From assembly GCF_009914755.1 (NCBI RefSeq), contig NC_060940.1: a stretch of 64,000 nt of DNA, one strand, 5' to 3'. The DNA is from the human T2T-CHM13v2.0 reference genome, Homo sapiens. Positions 1 through 12,817 of this stretch are shown here, one piece after another (positions within the stretch are counted from its first letter, which is position 1; each line of letters starts with the position of its first letter). The notes beneath the pieces were generated by a model. That model ran no database searches. It was not told where the DNA came from and saw only the letters and a program-made list of their open reading frames with translations. The translations under genes were made by a program, and so were the position numbers.

Positions 1-38
1 AGTGCTGGAATTACAGGCGTGAGTCAGCGCGCCCAGCC
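1..38 (-). mobile_element. Alu 5' end, truncated by window edge
   Basis: agtgctggaattacaggcgtgagtcagcgcgcccagcc is the reverse complement of the Alu head. Confidence 0.9.
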
Positions 39-62
39 GGGTATCCGAATTTTTTAAAGCAT

Positions 63-646
63 ATAGACTTTGTTTTTTAGCACTGTTTTACAGATAAATT
101 GAGGAAATAATACAAATGGTTCCCATCTACCTGCCTTCAGCTTCCCCTTTTACTAACATCTTACATTAGCATGGTGCATTCGTTCTAATTAATTAACCAA
201 TAAGGATACATGATCATTAACTGAAATCCACACTTAATTCCAATTTCCTCAGATTTCCCCTCGTGGCTGTTTCTGTCCCAGGATCCCATCCAGGATTCCA
301 CGTGACAGTCATTGGGTTTCCGTGGGCTCCTCTTGGCTGACAGTTTCTGGGACTTTGCCTGTCTGTGATGACGCTGATGGTTTTGAGGACTGCTCAGGTA
401 GAATATTTTGTAGAAGATCCCTCAGTTTGGGCTTTTCTGATGTTTTTCTCATGGTTAAACTGGGGTTATCGGTTTTTGCGGGAAGATCTCAGATGAAAGT
501 GCTGTTCTCATCACTTCCTATCCATGGTCCATGCTGTCCGTGTGACTTACCATGGTGGACGTTGACCTTGGCCACCTGGCTGGCTGTTGGGTTCTCCACT
601 GGAAGTTTACTCTCTTCCCCCTTCCCATACTGCACTCTGGAAGAAA
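63..646 (-). mobile_element. Old L1 3' end (L1MC4-like)
   Basis: Motifs typical of antisense L1MC 3' UTR: ttctgtcccaggatcccatccaggat, gttttgaggactgctcaggtagaatattttgtagaa, gttgaccttggccacctggct. Confidence 0.7.
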
Positions 647-1285
647 ACCAAAGCCCAGACTCACTAAATCCATTAAAGAACTTTCCTGAGGTAACAGAGC
701 CAGGGAATAGTAAGTGGCTCAGGCCCTGGCCTCTCTCCCTTGGGAAACTGTGCTCTGAGGACCATCTGGTCTACCCAGGAGAGAAGCGGCTGAGGCAGCC
801 TCTGTGGCCTTTCAAGCCCTGGTCTTCAAGGAGTTTTGACACAACCAAGATGCCCTTCATTTAGCAGCTATGCAAGACGTTCGCTAGAAAGTGAACATCT
901 TTTCAAAAGCCGAGGAGCGTGGGTTTTGTGCTCTGTAAAGGTCTGCGTGGGCTGGCCCTGCTCATCCACCCCAACCCCTGATTCCTGGCTCTCTCTTGTT
1001 TCCCCTTGCTGTCCTGGCTCCAGGCACACTGGCTTTCTTCCACTTTCTCCAGCATGTCATGTCCCCTTCCATCTACCCTGGGGCTTTGCACGTGCCATGT
1101 CCTCTGCCTGGAATCCACTCTCTTTCCTCCTGTGCTGGCTAACTCCTGTTTCCTTCAGAGTCTACCTGAAGCAGGGTCTACCTCTTTAGGAAAACCTTTC
1201 CTGACCACCCTCCAGATTAGGGCTGCCCCCATTGCATATGCACAGGGCTCGCCACCTCAGCATGCATACGCTCCTGTGTGGGAGC

Positions 1286-1601
1286 TTTTCTTTTTGTTTT
1301 TTTTTTTGAGATGGAGTCTCGCTCTGTCACCCGGCTGGAGTACAGTGGTGCAATCTCGGCTCACTGCAACCTCTGCCCCCTGCAACCTCTGCCCCCTGGG
1401 TTCAATCAATTCTTCTGCCTCAGTCTTCTGAGTAGCTGGGACTACAGGCGTGTGCCACCACACCAGGCTAATTTTTATATTTTTAGTAGAGACGGAGTTT
1501 CACCATATTGGCCAGGCTGGTCTCGAACTCCTGACCTCATGATCCGCCCGCCTCAGCCTCCCAAAGTGCTGGGATTACAAGCGTGAGCCACCACACCTGG
1601 C
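1286..1601 (-). mobile_element. AluS inserted at the tail of an older Alu; internal 16-bp duplication (tgcaacctctgccccc x2)
   Basis: Full dimeric Alu with T-tail; ggagctttt on both sides as TSD. Confidence 0.95.
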
Positions 1602-1607
1602 AGGAGC

Positions 1608-1912
<305 letters not shown>

Positions 1913-2427
1913 CAAGTTTTTCTTTTTAATTAGCATGTTTCCCCTATAAGACAATAAGTTCAAGAAGGACTAGACTGTGTCTGTCTGTGTTTACTGCTGT
2001 ATCCCTAGAGCCTGTGTCTTAGAAGCATCTGGAACATGAGAAGTGCTCAGCTCAGTAGATGTCTGTTGAGTAAAATGAATGAATGAGGAAGCCTTGGGCA
2101 TTAGTTGCCTGGACACTATAGAAGGATAATCCTCACCATTAGAATTCATATTATCTTGTCTTTTAATTTTTTCCATTTTTCCTTCCCTTAGGGGGCATTT
2201 AGGAGTACATTTCAGTGGGGATGAAATGAAATTTTTAAGTCAATTAATTTGGGATTTTTAGTCTTACACCCCTGTCTTAGCCTCATCTATCTGGGTTTTA
2301 TCAAGCCAGAGTGAGAGTTAAATTAGAAGGGCCTGACCCTTGTTGATTTTGGAGCTCCATGACTCAGAGTCACAGTGTCTCAGAGACCACATATGTTCCA
2401 TGGCTCTTCTTTAGGCAGAACAGTTAG

Positions 2428-2949
2428 TGTGTCAGTTCTCTATTGTTGCAAAACTAACTGCCCCAAGCTCAGTGGCATAAATGACAACCTCTTTATTCTA
2501 TCTCATAACTTTGCAGTCAGCCGTTTAGGCAGGGCTCAGCTGGCTGGGCGTTCTGCTTTCCTGGCATTGATGGGGGTCCCTCAGTGGGACTCAGCTGGTT
2601 GATGGCCTGCTCTGGATGGACCAAGGTGGCTTCACTGATGGGGATGATAGGAGGGCTGTCAGCTCTCTGTCTCCACATTGCCTTGGGTCTCTCCATGTGG
2701 TCTCTTCAGCAGCATAAATGGACTTCTTCCATGGTGGCTCAGGACACCAAGAGAACATGTTCTAGGAGGCAGGAAGAAGCAGCTCGCAGATTCTTAAGTC
2801 TCACGCCTAGAAACGGACACAGCATCACTTCTACCTATGCTGCTGGTCAAAGCAGGCACAGAGCCCACTGGATTGAAGAAAGAGGCATAGACCCCCACCT
2901 TTAAAGGGCTGAGTGTCAGAGAACTTGTGGCCAACATTAATCCACCACA
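2428..2949 (-). mobile_element. MLT1-family (ERVL-MaLR) solo LTR
   Basis: Begins tgtgtcagtt..aactgccccaagctcagtggc, contains agggctcagctgg and cagcatcacttct, ends taatccaccaca. Confidence 0.7.
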
Positions 2950-3419
2950 ACTGGTCATACCTGGGCTTGAATTCTTGAAGGATGGGGGAGCTCTATTGTA
3001 CACAGAGCTGCTTTTTCCATTGCAGAGAGACTTGGATGGTGAAAACATTGATCTTTTCTGTGGAGTGGTTTCCTCTCTCCCTATTAGTCCACAAATTTGT
3101 CTGGGTCTGAACAGCTATTTGGAGTCTGGCCTCCCCCGAGAACTCTGTTGGAAAACTACAATCTCTTTCTTGGGTCGAATGCAGGTCCCCTGTGCTCTTA
3201 GGTTGTACACTTTAGCTCCACTTTGTGGTCTACTGGGATCAGCAGGTCCATCCTGTGGGTTAGCCCTGTCCAAAGGTCCCCGGCCACCAAGGGCAGAGCC
3301 AGGACTCAAAGGTGGCTGTGAGTCTGTGTGAGTCCCACAACTGCAATTATAAGCATTTGGCTGCATTTCCTCTCACACTGGTTCTGTTAGCTGTCAAGTG
3401 ATATGGTTTTCAGAAACAA

Positions 3420-3550
3420 AGTTCACCCACTCACTCATATTCATTCACCCACCCACCCATTCATCATCCATCCATCCACCTACTCAACCATCCATCCACT
3501 CATCTACCCATTCATCACCTCCCCACCTCCACATGTATCCTCCGTCCATG
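3420..3550. repeat. Degenerate (CCAT/CATT)n microsatellite
   Basis: Visible catccatccacc runs. Confidence 0.8.
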
Positions 3551-4194
3551 TATGGAGCCAAGCACCTACAGGCTCAGGGCACAAGGTCAAAGGAACCCAC
3601 TGTCTTGGTGACCCCTCACGATTCTCACCCATCTCCCATTTGGAGCCTCTGGTCTTTAGGAATTTGCTGTCCCTCTCCTGATCTCTCTGTGGCTGCCCTG
3701 TGCTGGGGGCAGATGATGGTTCAAGGTTGGATCCTCACATTTGCATTTTCTACCCTTTTGGTCTCAGTGTTGCCGTGGAAACTTTTCTGGAAGTCTTAAA
3801 AAAACTGAAGAAAAAAACCATACAGGAAATTGTGTCTTGTGTTCTTTGTAGCGAATCTTGTGCTAATTTTGAACCCAGCTTTATTTTTCTTTATTTTTTA
3901 ACACCAAATCTTGAGTGTGAAGATAGAAGCTTCCTCCAGTGAAGCAGCAGCCCCGGCACTGGGCCTGCAGTGGAGACCGGGAATGAGAGAAGCCCCTGGC
4001 GTGGGCTGGCGAGGACGCAGAGCACGGAGAGCACCTGGGGCAGGGCCGGCGCCAACGGCATAACACATGCTGCTGCTCCTCTCCCGCGGGGCCCATGGAG
4101 ATGGCTGGAAGCAGCCCAACGTCAGGGCAGGTGAATGGCATGAGCACACATGCTGGGCATAGCTGGGTACAACTATGAGGAGGCATGAACAGCT

Positions 4195-4400
4195 ATGAGT
4201 GCCACTTGGTGACAGGTGGCCTAGCTGGAATCTTGGCTCCGCCAGCCACAAGCTGTGGGACTGTGGGCCAGTGATCCCATCTCTCTGTGCCCCACCTTAT
4301 TCATCTGTACAGCAGGATGATACTGATAGTACCTGTGTCTCAGGGCTGTTATGAAGGTGAAAGGAACACATCCAAGGGCTGTTCCCAGAGGCCGTGAATT
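4195..4400 (+). mobile_element. MIR
   Basis: Core ctgtgggccagtgatcccatctctctgtgcccc..ttcatctgtacag..agggctgttatgaagg. Confidence 0.65.
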
Positions 4401-5142
4401 CTTTGGTACTTTTGGCTTCTGCCTACGCAGCAAAGGAGTTTCAGGTAGCCAGAGAAGGCTGCCAGGTGAGAACAGGCAGGGTATCCAGCTGGCACTGGGC
4501 AGGTGGGTGGGGGGTGCATAAGGATGGGGAGGATGGGTGGCTAGCAGCAACAGAGATAGCACCCCCAAGTCCAAGAGTGCCTGTGCGTGCTCAGATGTGT
4601 TGGTGGCATCACCAGGAGGGAATTTCAGGTCACTTTCTGCCATCTCCTTGGGCTGTGCTGGTGTGTCCTGGGTCTTCTCATGGGACCACGTCTACTCCCA
4701 CGATGTAGCTGCCACCCTTGGCTGACAACTTCCAAGTCCTTGTCTTTAGCACCAGTACAATGGATTCTCGAACCATCTGAGGAATACCCTCTGAACTGCT
4801 CTGCCCAGACAGCCTGCAGGCACCTCACTCTCAAAACGTCTTAACCCAAATTCGTCCTTGCAACCCTCTCCCCTCACCCCAAAGCTCCTCCTCCTCCTGG
4901 CTCCTAGATCTCGGGTGAGGACAGCTATGAAGTTAGGAACCCACATGCTGCCTGGCTGCCTGGCTGCCCTGCTCCCTCTGGGCCACCACCATCTCTCACC
5001 TGGGTTATTGCCGTAGTGGGGTAACTGGTTTCCCTGCAAACATTCGGCCACCCTTCCTGTCTGCTTCCTACACCTCTGGCAGAGCTATCTTCAGCCACGC
5101 GGGGAGATCACATCACAGCCCCCAACTTAATGTTCTCTAATC

Positions 5143-5201
5143 CCCAATATGGTGGCCACTAGCCCCACGTGGCTATTTAAGTTTAAATTAATTAAAATGA
5201 A
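5143..5201. mobile_element. MER3/MER33 (hAT-Charlie) fragment
   Basis: ccaatatggtggccactagccccacgtggctatttaagtttaaattaattaaaat matches the MER3/33 terminus. Confidence 0.7.
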
Positions 5202-5945
5202 GTCATGACAGCTTCCCAGCTGGCCTCCAGGTCTCCAGGATGCCTGCTGTGCTCCATTATCCACATGAGCGCCACAGGGAATGTCCTAGAACCTGGCTCT
5301 TGTGGGGCCAGTGCCCACCTCTCACCCTCAGTGGCCTCAGCGCACCATGGTTCGTAGGGGCACTCACCCACCAGGTCAGCCTCCTCCCGCCTCCCTTCTG
5401 CGTGGCTCCCTCTCAGCCCTGCTCCTGACTCCCCCTTCCGTTGCACTGCCTGCCTCCATGCTGGCCTCCTCCCTCCTCCCTGTGCTGGTCCACACCTGCT
5501 CCCCTCCAAGACCCCAGGGTGACATATTGCTGACTGCCTCAGGAAAACAGCTTCCTCCTCTGCACGCATCAGATCTTTGCTCTTTGTGTGAAGGTCACGG
5601 CGCTGGGATCACCCAGGCTTGGGGAACCTGGCAGGGCTGCAGATGGATCACCAGGCTAATGAAGCTGGAACTCCAGGTCTCCTTTCTTGCCTGCTCCCTT
5701 ACAGGGCACATGCGGCACATTTTGTGTTTTTATCCTGAAGAGGGACCCTATTTAGGTTGTTTAAGCAGCAAGCTCACAAACCTAGACCCACTCTGGGCTG
5801 GACTTGGCCCTGATGATGCCAGTCTTCTCATCTGTGAAATAAGAGTAAGAAGACAGCCTTGCGGGATGGCTCTGACTAGCAAAGAAGGACATGACCAGCC
5901 CATTCTCAGCAAAACGCCCAGCGCGTGGTGGTGAAACACCTCAAT

Positions 5946-6860
5946 GTTGCATAATATTTGTTTCATTGATAGAGAAAACAGGTGTTCAGTAAATCCTAGT
6001 TATTATGAGAATTACTAATACCCATTGATGGGCATGCTGACTTCACCCTCTGCAACCTGGTGAGGTGGGCATTACTGGTGCCCCGTTTTACAGATGAGGA
6101 AACTGAGGCTGACAGAGGAGAAATGATTTTGCGTGTCAGGCAGCTGCTGCCCACGGGTGGAGCCAGGTCCGGGTGGCTCAGGAAACTGCGACCCTTTCTG
6201 GGACGGTGCTGTCCCCCGAGTGAGACCATCGAGAGGGCACTCCGCGTGTAGAGCATTCCCGTCTCGCGCTGAGGCGCGGCACCTGTGGCCTGCCCTGGCT
6301 CCCGTCCCTGGCTCTTCTCGTTTCTATTTCAGCTCTCTTCATTCTGACTTTCGTTTTATCTCAGATCCCTACCTTCACACTCACATAAGAGAAGAGTGAA
6401 GTTTCGGGGACTCCACACCTCAAGGTAGTTCCACCGTGCGAGGTGCTGCGCTCACAGTATTACTCATGCACCTTTCTGATAAGAAAAGTGAAAATGTGAA
6501 GTTGAAAACTGAAGACGCCCAGCAACTTCCTGAATCCAGCCCTCCACGTCCTGCCCTACGGGACGGACGACTCCCAAAGAGGAATCGTTGGTGGAAGTCC
6601 CATGTTTCGTTGCCGTTGGAAGGGGGAACTGGTCAAGGCAGGTTCGGTTTCAGGATCTCACCTCACCTGGGAGCGGGGAGGTGACGGTCCCCCAGCGGGG
6701 CAGTCACGCCGCCCTGGCCTTGAGGCCGGACTCCACACTGCGCTTGGCTAGGGTGGTCCGTCCCTCTCTTGGCCACCTGTGTCGGGCAGCCTGACGCCGC
6801 ATCTTCCTGAGCAGCTGTCGGCGTTGCCGTGTGGCAGCCACGCTGTTGCAACATGAGCGG
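5946..6860 (+). promoter_or_regulatory. Candidate myeloid/interferon-responsive promoter: CpG-enriched, with IRF, ETS and C/EBP motifs
   Basis: C/EBP-type GTTGCATAAT 5946-5955; IRF sites TTTCTATTTC 6321-6330, ACTTTCGTTTT 6347-6357, GAAAAGTGAAAA 6483-6494, GAAAACTGAAG 6504-6514; ETS ACTTCCTG 6525-6532; many CpGs in 6150-6860. Confidence 0.6.
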
Positions 6861-7089
6861 CTGAGGTTTCTGAGGCCCCTCCGGCCAGAAGCTGGCCCAG
6901 GTGCTGTGGGCAAGACATGTGCGAGAGACTGAATTAGACCCCCTTGGAAAAAAAAACCACGCACACAAACACCATCCTGCCTTTTTTTTTTTCAGGGCTC
7001 ATCTCTGGACCCACACCCCATAACCAACATGGAAGCCTGGATTTGGCCCTGGATCAGGCTGGCTCCCCAGGGAAGGGTCCAGTCTCTCC

Positions 7090-7296
7090 GGGGAGACATC
7101 CCGACTTCGGGTCCTGCTTTCTCTACTGTAATTCGAGGCCGGCCATGCCCCTCAGTGGGCCTCAGTTTCCTCACCTGTACAGTGGGGAAATCCACAGGAC
7201 CTACCTCCTGGGAGGGCACTGAGGACCGAGGGAATGAATGCCTGTCCAGTGCTCATGATCGTGACAAGCACTGCGCAGAATAAATCCGGAATAAAC
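7090..7296 (+). mobile_element. MIR
   Basis: gggcctcagtttcctcacctgtacagtgggga core; 3' end with aataaa. Confidence 0.75.
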
Positions 7297-7384
7297 GCTC
7301 ACCGGGTGAGGGAGGGCAGGGAAGATTTCTAAAATCCCCCTGATTTGAGATGAGATCTGATTCACCCACTTAAAAAACCACATT

Positions 7385-7650
7385 GGGAAATAATTTGAAA
7401 TGTACAGGAAAGTTGTAAGAATCGCACAAAGAATACTCCCAAACGTTTTGCCCATACTCACCTGTTTTCTGTGGCAACTTTGAGACAGAATTCACACGCC
7501 ATACAGTTGACCCATCTCAACTGTACAATTCAATGGCCTTTCATAGTCAGAGTTGTGCAACTGTCACCAGGGTCAATTTTAGAACGTTTTCATCACTCTC
7601 CTCTCACAAAAAACCCCTCACGTCCCTTGGCTGTCACTCTGCACCTATTA
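7385..7650 (-). mobile_element. L1M 3' end fragments
   Basis: aattcacacgccatacagttgacccatctcaactgtacaattcaatgg..gttgtgcaactgtcacca. Confidence 0.65.
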
Positions 7651-7669
7651 ATATTTTTTTGTGTTAAGA

Positions 7670-7958
7670 CTTTTTCTTTGAGATGGAGTCTCAGTCTGTT
7701 GCCCAGGCTGGAGTGCAGTGGCGTACATCTCGGCTCACAGTAACCTCCACCTCCTGGGTTCAAGCGATTCTCCTGCCTCAGCCTCCTGAGTAGCTGGGAT
7801 TACGGGTGCCCGCCTCCACGCCCGGCTAGTTTTTGTATTTTTAGTAGAGACAGGGTTTCACCATGTTGGTCAGGCTGGTCTCGAACTCCTGACCTCGTGA
7901 TCCACCTGCCTTGGCCCCACAAAGTGCTAGGATTACAGGTGTGAAACACTATGCCCGG
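7670..7958 (-). mobile_element. AluS
   Basis: Full Alu; TSD tgttaagactttt on both sides. Confidence 0.95.
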
Positions 7959-8040
7959 TAAATGTTAAGACTTTTATGCATCTTCTTGACCTGTGGTCTT
8001 CAGCATTTGAGTCTTAGGGGACCTTTAAAATATTAAGATA

Positions 8041-8343
8041 GGCCAGGCACAGTGGCTCATGCCTGAAATCCCAGAACTTTAGGAGGCTGTGGTGAGACGA
8101 TTGCTTGAAGCCAGGAGTTTGGGACGAGCCTGGGCATCATAGTGAGACCCCCATCTTGGCAAAAAAGTAAACATAAAAAATATTAGCTGGGCATAGTGGC
8201 GAGCATCTGTAGTTCTAGCTAATTGGGAGGCTGAGGTGGCAGGATCCCTTGAGCCCAAGAGTTCAAGAGTATAGTGAGCTATGATTGTGCCACTGCACTC
8301 CAGCCTGGGCAATAGAGTGAGACCCTGTTTCTAAAAAACAAAA
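8041..8343 (+). mobile_element. AluJ
   Basis: ggccaggcacagtggctcatgcc..ttgagcccaagagttcaag..gtgagaccctg, A tail. Confidence 0.95.
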
Positions 8344-8374
8344 GCCATACTAAAATACTCTGCAAAGACCTCAT

Positions 8375-8770
8375 ATTCATTTATTCACTCAACAAATGTT
8401 TGTTGAGCACCTGTTTTATGCCAAGTCCAATACTAGGAGCTCTGGTTGCAACAGAGAGCAAAACAGACACGGCCCTGCCAGTCACCTGGGGCAGGGAATC
8501 CCCCTGCCCCACTCCCTGCAATAATCGATTGTAGAGAAGAATTAGCAAATCACAGCTGAGAAGGGTCTGCTGGAAAACACAGCAGAGGCCTTGACTTTGC
8601 CTGATGAATGGAGGTGGGCTTCCTGGCAGAGGGGCGTCTGTGGGTGAGGGAGGAAGTAGGACTGGCTGGTCAGAGGGGACGGCACACAGGAAGCTGCTGA
8701 GCAGGCAGGAGTGTGCTCCGTGGAGGAGCTAGGAGGAGGCCAGTTCTTAGCTGGAGGGTGGAGAAGGAGG
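8375..8770 (-). mobile_element. L2 3' region
   Basis: attcatttattcactcaacaaatgttttgttgagcacctg is an antisense L2 terminus. Confidence 0.7.
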
Positions 8771-9184
8771 GCTAAAGCCAAGCATGCAGAGGCCGAGGGA
8801 TGTGCAGCGCCGGTCAGCCCACGTGAGATCTTTCCTCCCTCTCCGTGGACTGGGAACCTCCATAGTTACCACATGCTGCGCTGACTTCTCTAACACGCTT
8901 TGGCCAATAATGTTTCCCTAATCACAGCAGCTCCTCATTTAGAATGTGTTCTTATTTAGGATGCGTTCGAGTCTCTGTGATCTGAACTCCACATGAGGAC
9001 TCCCTGGGTCCCTCAGGAACCCATGTCCTACCAGTTAGACTCCCTTGTTTTAGACCCCTTATTTCAGCATTTTATAAACTCTGTCCCGTAGGATACTGAC
9101 CCATTTGCAACTTAGCCAAAAAAATGAAAGTTATGTAGCCAAACAAGCTTTGAAAATACCCCATTTCTTTCTGGACGTTTCACA

Positions 9185-9335
9185 ATGCACAGGAGCATAT
9201 TAAAGGCTCTGATAAGTCCTGCAGCAAAGAACCAAGTGCTTCCCAAATGCAGTAGTTCAGGGAACCTCTTTGTTCCATTACTCCCATGAAGTTTACAAAA
9301 CTAGTGCTATGTGGAAAATGCTTTGTAAAACACGG
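9185..9335. mobile_element. hAT-Charlie MITE fragment (MER103-like)
   Basis: catattaaaggctctgataagtcctgcagcaaagaa motif. Confidence 0.5.
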
Positions 9336-10359
9336 ATAATTCTGCAAGTGATCTGCCTGAGTGTGGAATGCAGATATCCAGCCAGAGTCTGTAACTTCAG
9401 ACATGGTGTGGAAGGCCAATGTGAAAAGCAGGAATAGTAGAATGGTTTTAAAAGGGTTCCCTCTAATTACTCTTGAGTAGGAAAGTAGGAGCCGCCGACA
9501 CCTGGGAACTGTCCTGGAGCCCCTGGCCGGGCTGGGCCATTCTCCGGTTTGACATAAACCATCTCCCAGAACACCAGCTGCACAGAAGGTCACTCTGAGA
9601 TCACAGTAGTGAGACAAAGACAGGTCACGGTGTCACCCACAAACACCAATTATCCCCCTTTCCCCACTAAAATGAAGAATGGCTGTTTCTTGACCAATCT
9701 CAGCTTTATGCTGGTGCCCGTCTCCCCTCTCTAGAGGTGACAGTGATTGAGGCACCCACTCAGAGAATTGCCCCCTTTCTTTTGGCTTCTGGTCTACTGA
9801 GCCCCACTTCCCTAGACCTTCGCCTTCCCACTACCCACCCAAACCCCAAATCCTACAGGGGCTCTTCCCAGCACCCTCTCACCCCGAAGTTCCTATGGGG
9901 AGCGTCCACCCTCATTGCAAGGTGGAAGAAACCTGGCTCTTCAACCAAAGGCCCCCAGGGGAGCGTGGCTGGAGGGCACGACACTCTCAAAAATATATAA
10001 TTCTCTGAACAAAATATACCTCTGTTCCTTTACAAATGAAGCATCTGTTGAAAGTGTGTGGAACTTATTTTGCAAAGATATTCCTTGTGATAAGGCTTGA
10101 TTCCAGGTAACTCTTTTCAAAGTGAGTCACAGACCAGGAAGTCGTATGGAATGAGTGATGGAAAGATGTATTTTACACGTTGCCCCTCAAGTCCAAACTT
10201 GAACTCATGTCTCTCTGAACCAGAGTGGAGCTTCCTTCCATTGCAGCCCCATATATGCTGTCAGGGAGCTAGGGGGCCTGGGAGGGTGGCCACCCTGCAC
10301 ACCGTGTGTTACTGGGTGAGGATTTGCACGTTTGTGGCTGAGGGGAAGACGTTCACGTT

Positions 10360-10590
10360 GGATAGTTGTAATTTCCAATCCAGGCCCCAACTCTCTATAA
10401 CTGAGTGACTGTGGGTGAGTTTCTCCACGTTCCTGAACCTCAATTTTCTCATCTATGAAGTGGGGATGCCACTACAAATCAGGTAGCACCTACAAATCAG
10501 GTTTAAGGATTTGAGTAGATAACATATGTAAAGTGTTTAGCCAGTACCCTGCCAGCAAATGGTGACCACCACTGTCACTGTTGTCACTGG
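10360..10590 (+). mobile_element. MIR
   Basis: gtgactgtgggtgagttt..cctcaattttctcatctatgaagtgggga..atgtaaagtgtttagc. Confidence 0.75.
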
Positions 10591-11094
10591 TATTATCTAG
10601 TGGTCAAGGTCAGCGCATCAGCCTTTGGTCAGTGTTCTTTCTCGGTTAGAGGACTTTTTGACCCCGGGTGTCCATGAGGGTCACCTGGGGAACCTAAAAA
10701 CAATGGACTCCTGGGCTGGCCCCAAGTTTAGGGAGGAACTGGTCCTGGCTGGCTGGGCTGAGAGCTGCTGCTCCAGACCTGGTGCTGGGGAAAGGGATGC
10801 GGCTTCCCGTCTGCCCAGTGAGCGAGGGAGAAATGGTTCTGATGACTGCCCGCTGGCCCAGGCCCAGTCTTACTGACCAGGGCCATTGTGAGAGGTGCGC
10901 CAGGCCGGCTGCTCCCACAGCTGCTCGAAGCCTGGGGACTGGACATCAGGGTGGCAATGGGTTGGCACCAACCCCCACATCACTCTCTCGGAGATAAAAG
11001 TAGCTGCCATCTGCAGGGTGCTTCTGACGTGCCAAATGCTGCTGAGCACTGCGTATGCATGCGTTCATTTCATACCCACAACCCTAGCAGGCGT

Positions 11095-11890
<796 letters not shown>

Positions 11891-12510
11891 TCTGTTCTTA
11901 TTGTTTCCATTTCACAGAGGAAGACACCGAGGCTCAGAGTGATTAAATGGTGGCTTGACTAAGGCCCCACGGTGAGCGAGGGCTCCAGTGAGATCCAGGG
12001 TCCCCTCGAGTGCAGGTCTGAGGACCACCCTCCCCTTCCTCTGCTCATTCTCTGCAGCCCTTCTTCGGGCTCTCCACTTCCAGATTCTCATTCTCCACGA
12101 CACCAGAGCTCATCCTATTCCTGTAGCCTGAGCAGATGCAGAAACCACACCCGAAGCCGAGGTGGGGGCCTGCCCGCTCCTCACTGGGTCCCCAGACCCT
12201 CTCCTGGCAGATGGGCTTCGGCCCCACCCCTCACCACACCGTTTGCCAGCCAGTTTCTGTTCATTTAATGGGACCTGTTGTGTGTTGAGCTGAGCCCAGC
12301 TGGGAACACAGTGGGAGATAAATATCAGTAACTGTAAGACTCCGGAACCCAACTGGAATGGTTCTTGATGTCTTTCATTTTTAATAAAAGAGATTACCTA
12401 ATGAGATGCCCTCACCTTCTTGATGGGCTGGTTGTCTGCCTGTAGGTCCATGTAGGGTGGGCTTGTTTCGGGTGAGTTGTAAGATATGGAAGGAGCAAGC
12501 TATTTTATTA

Positions 12511-12817
<307 letters not shown>

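Noticed and set aside
322-864. 180-aa ORF
   Set aside because: Largely overlaps an antisense L1MC 3' UTR, starts at GTG and has no domain
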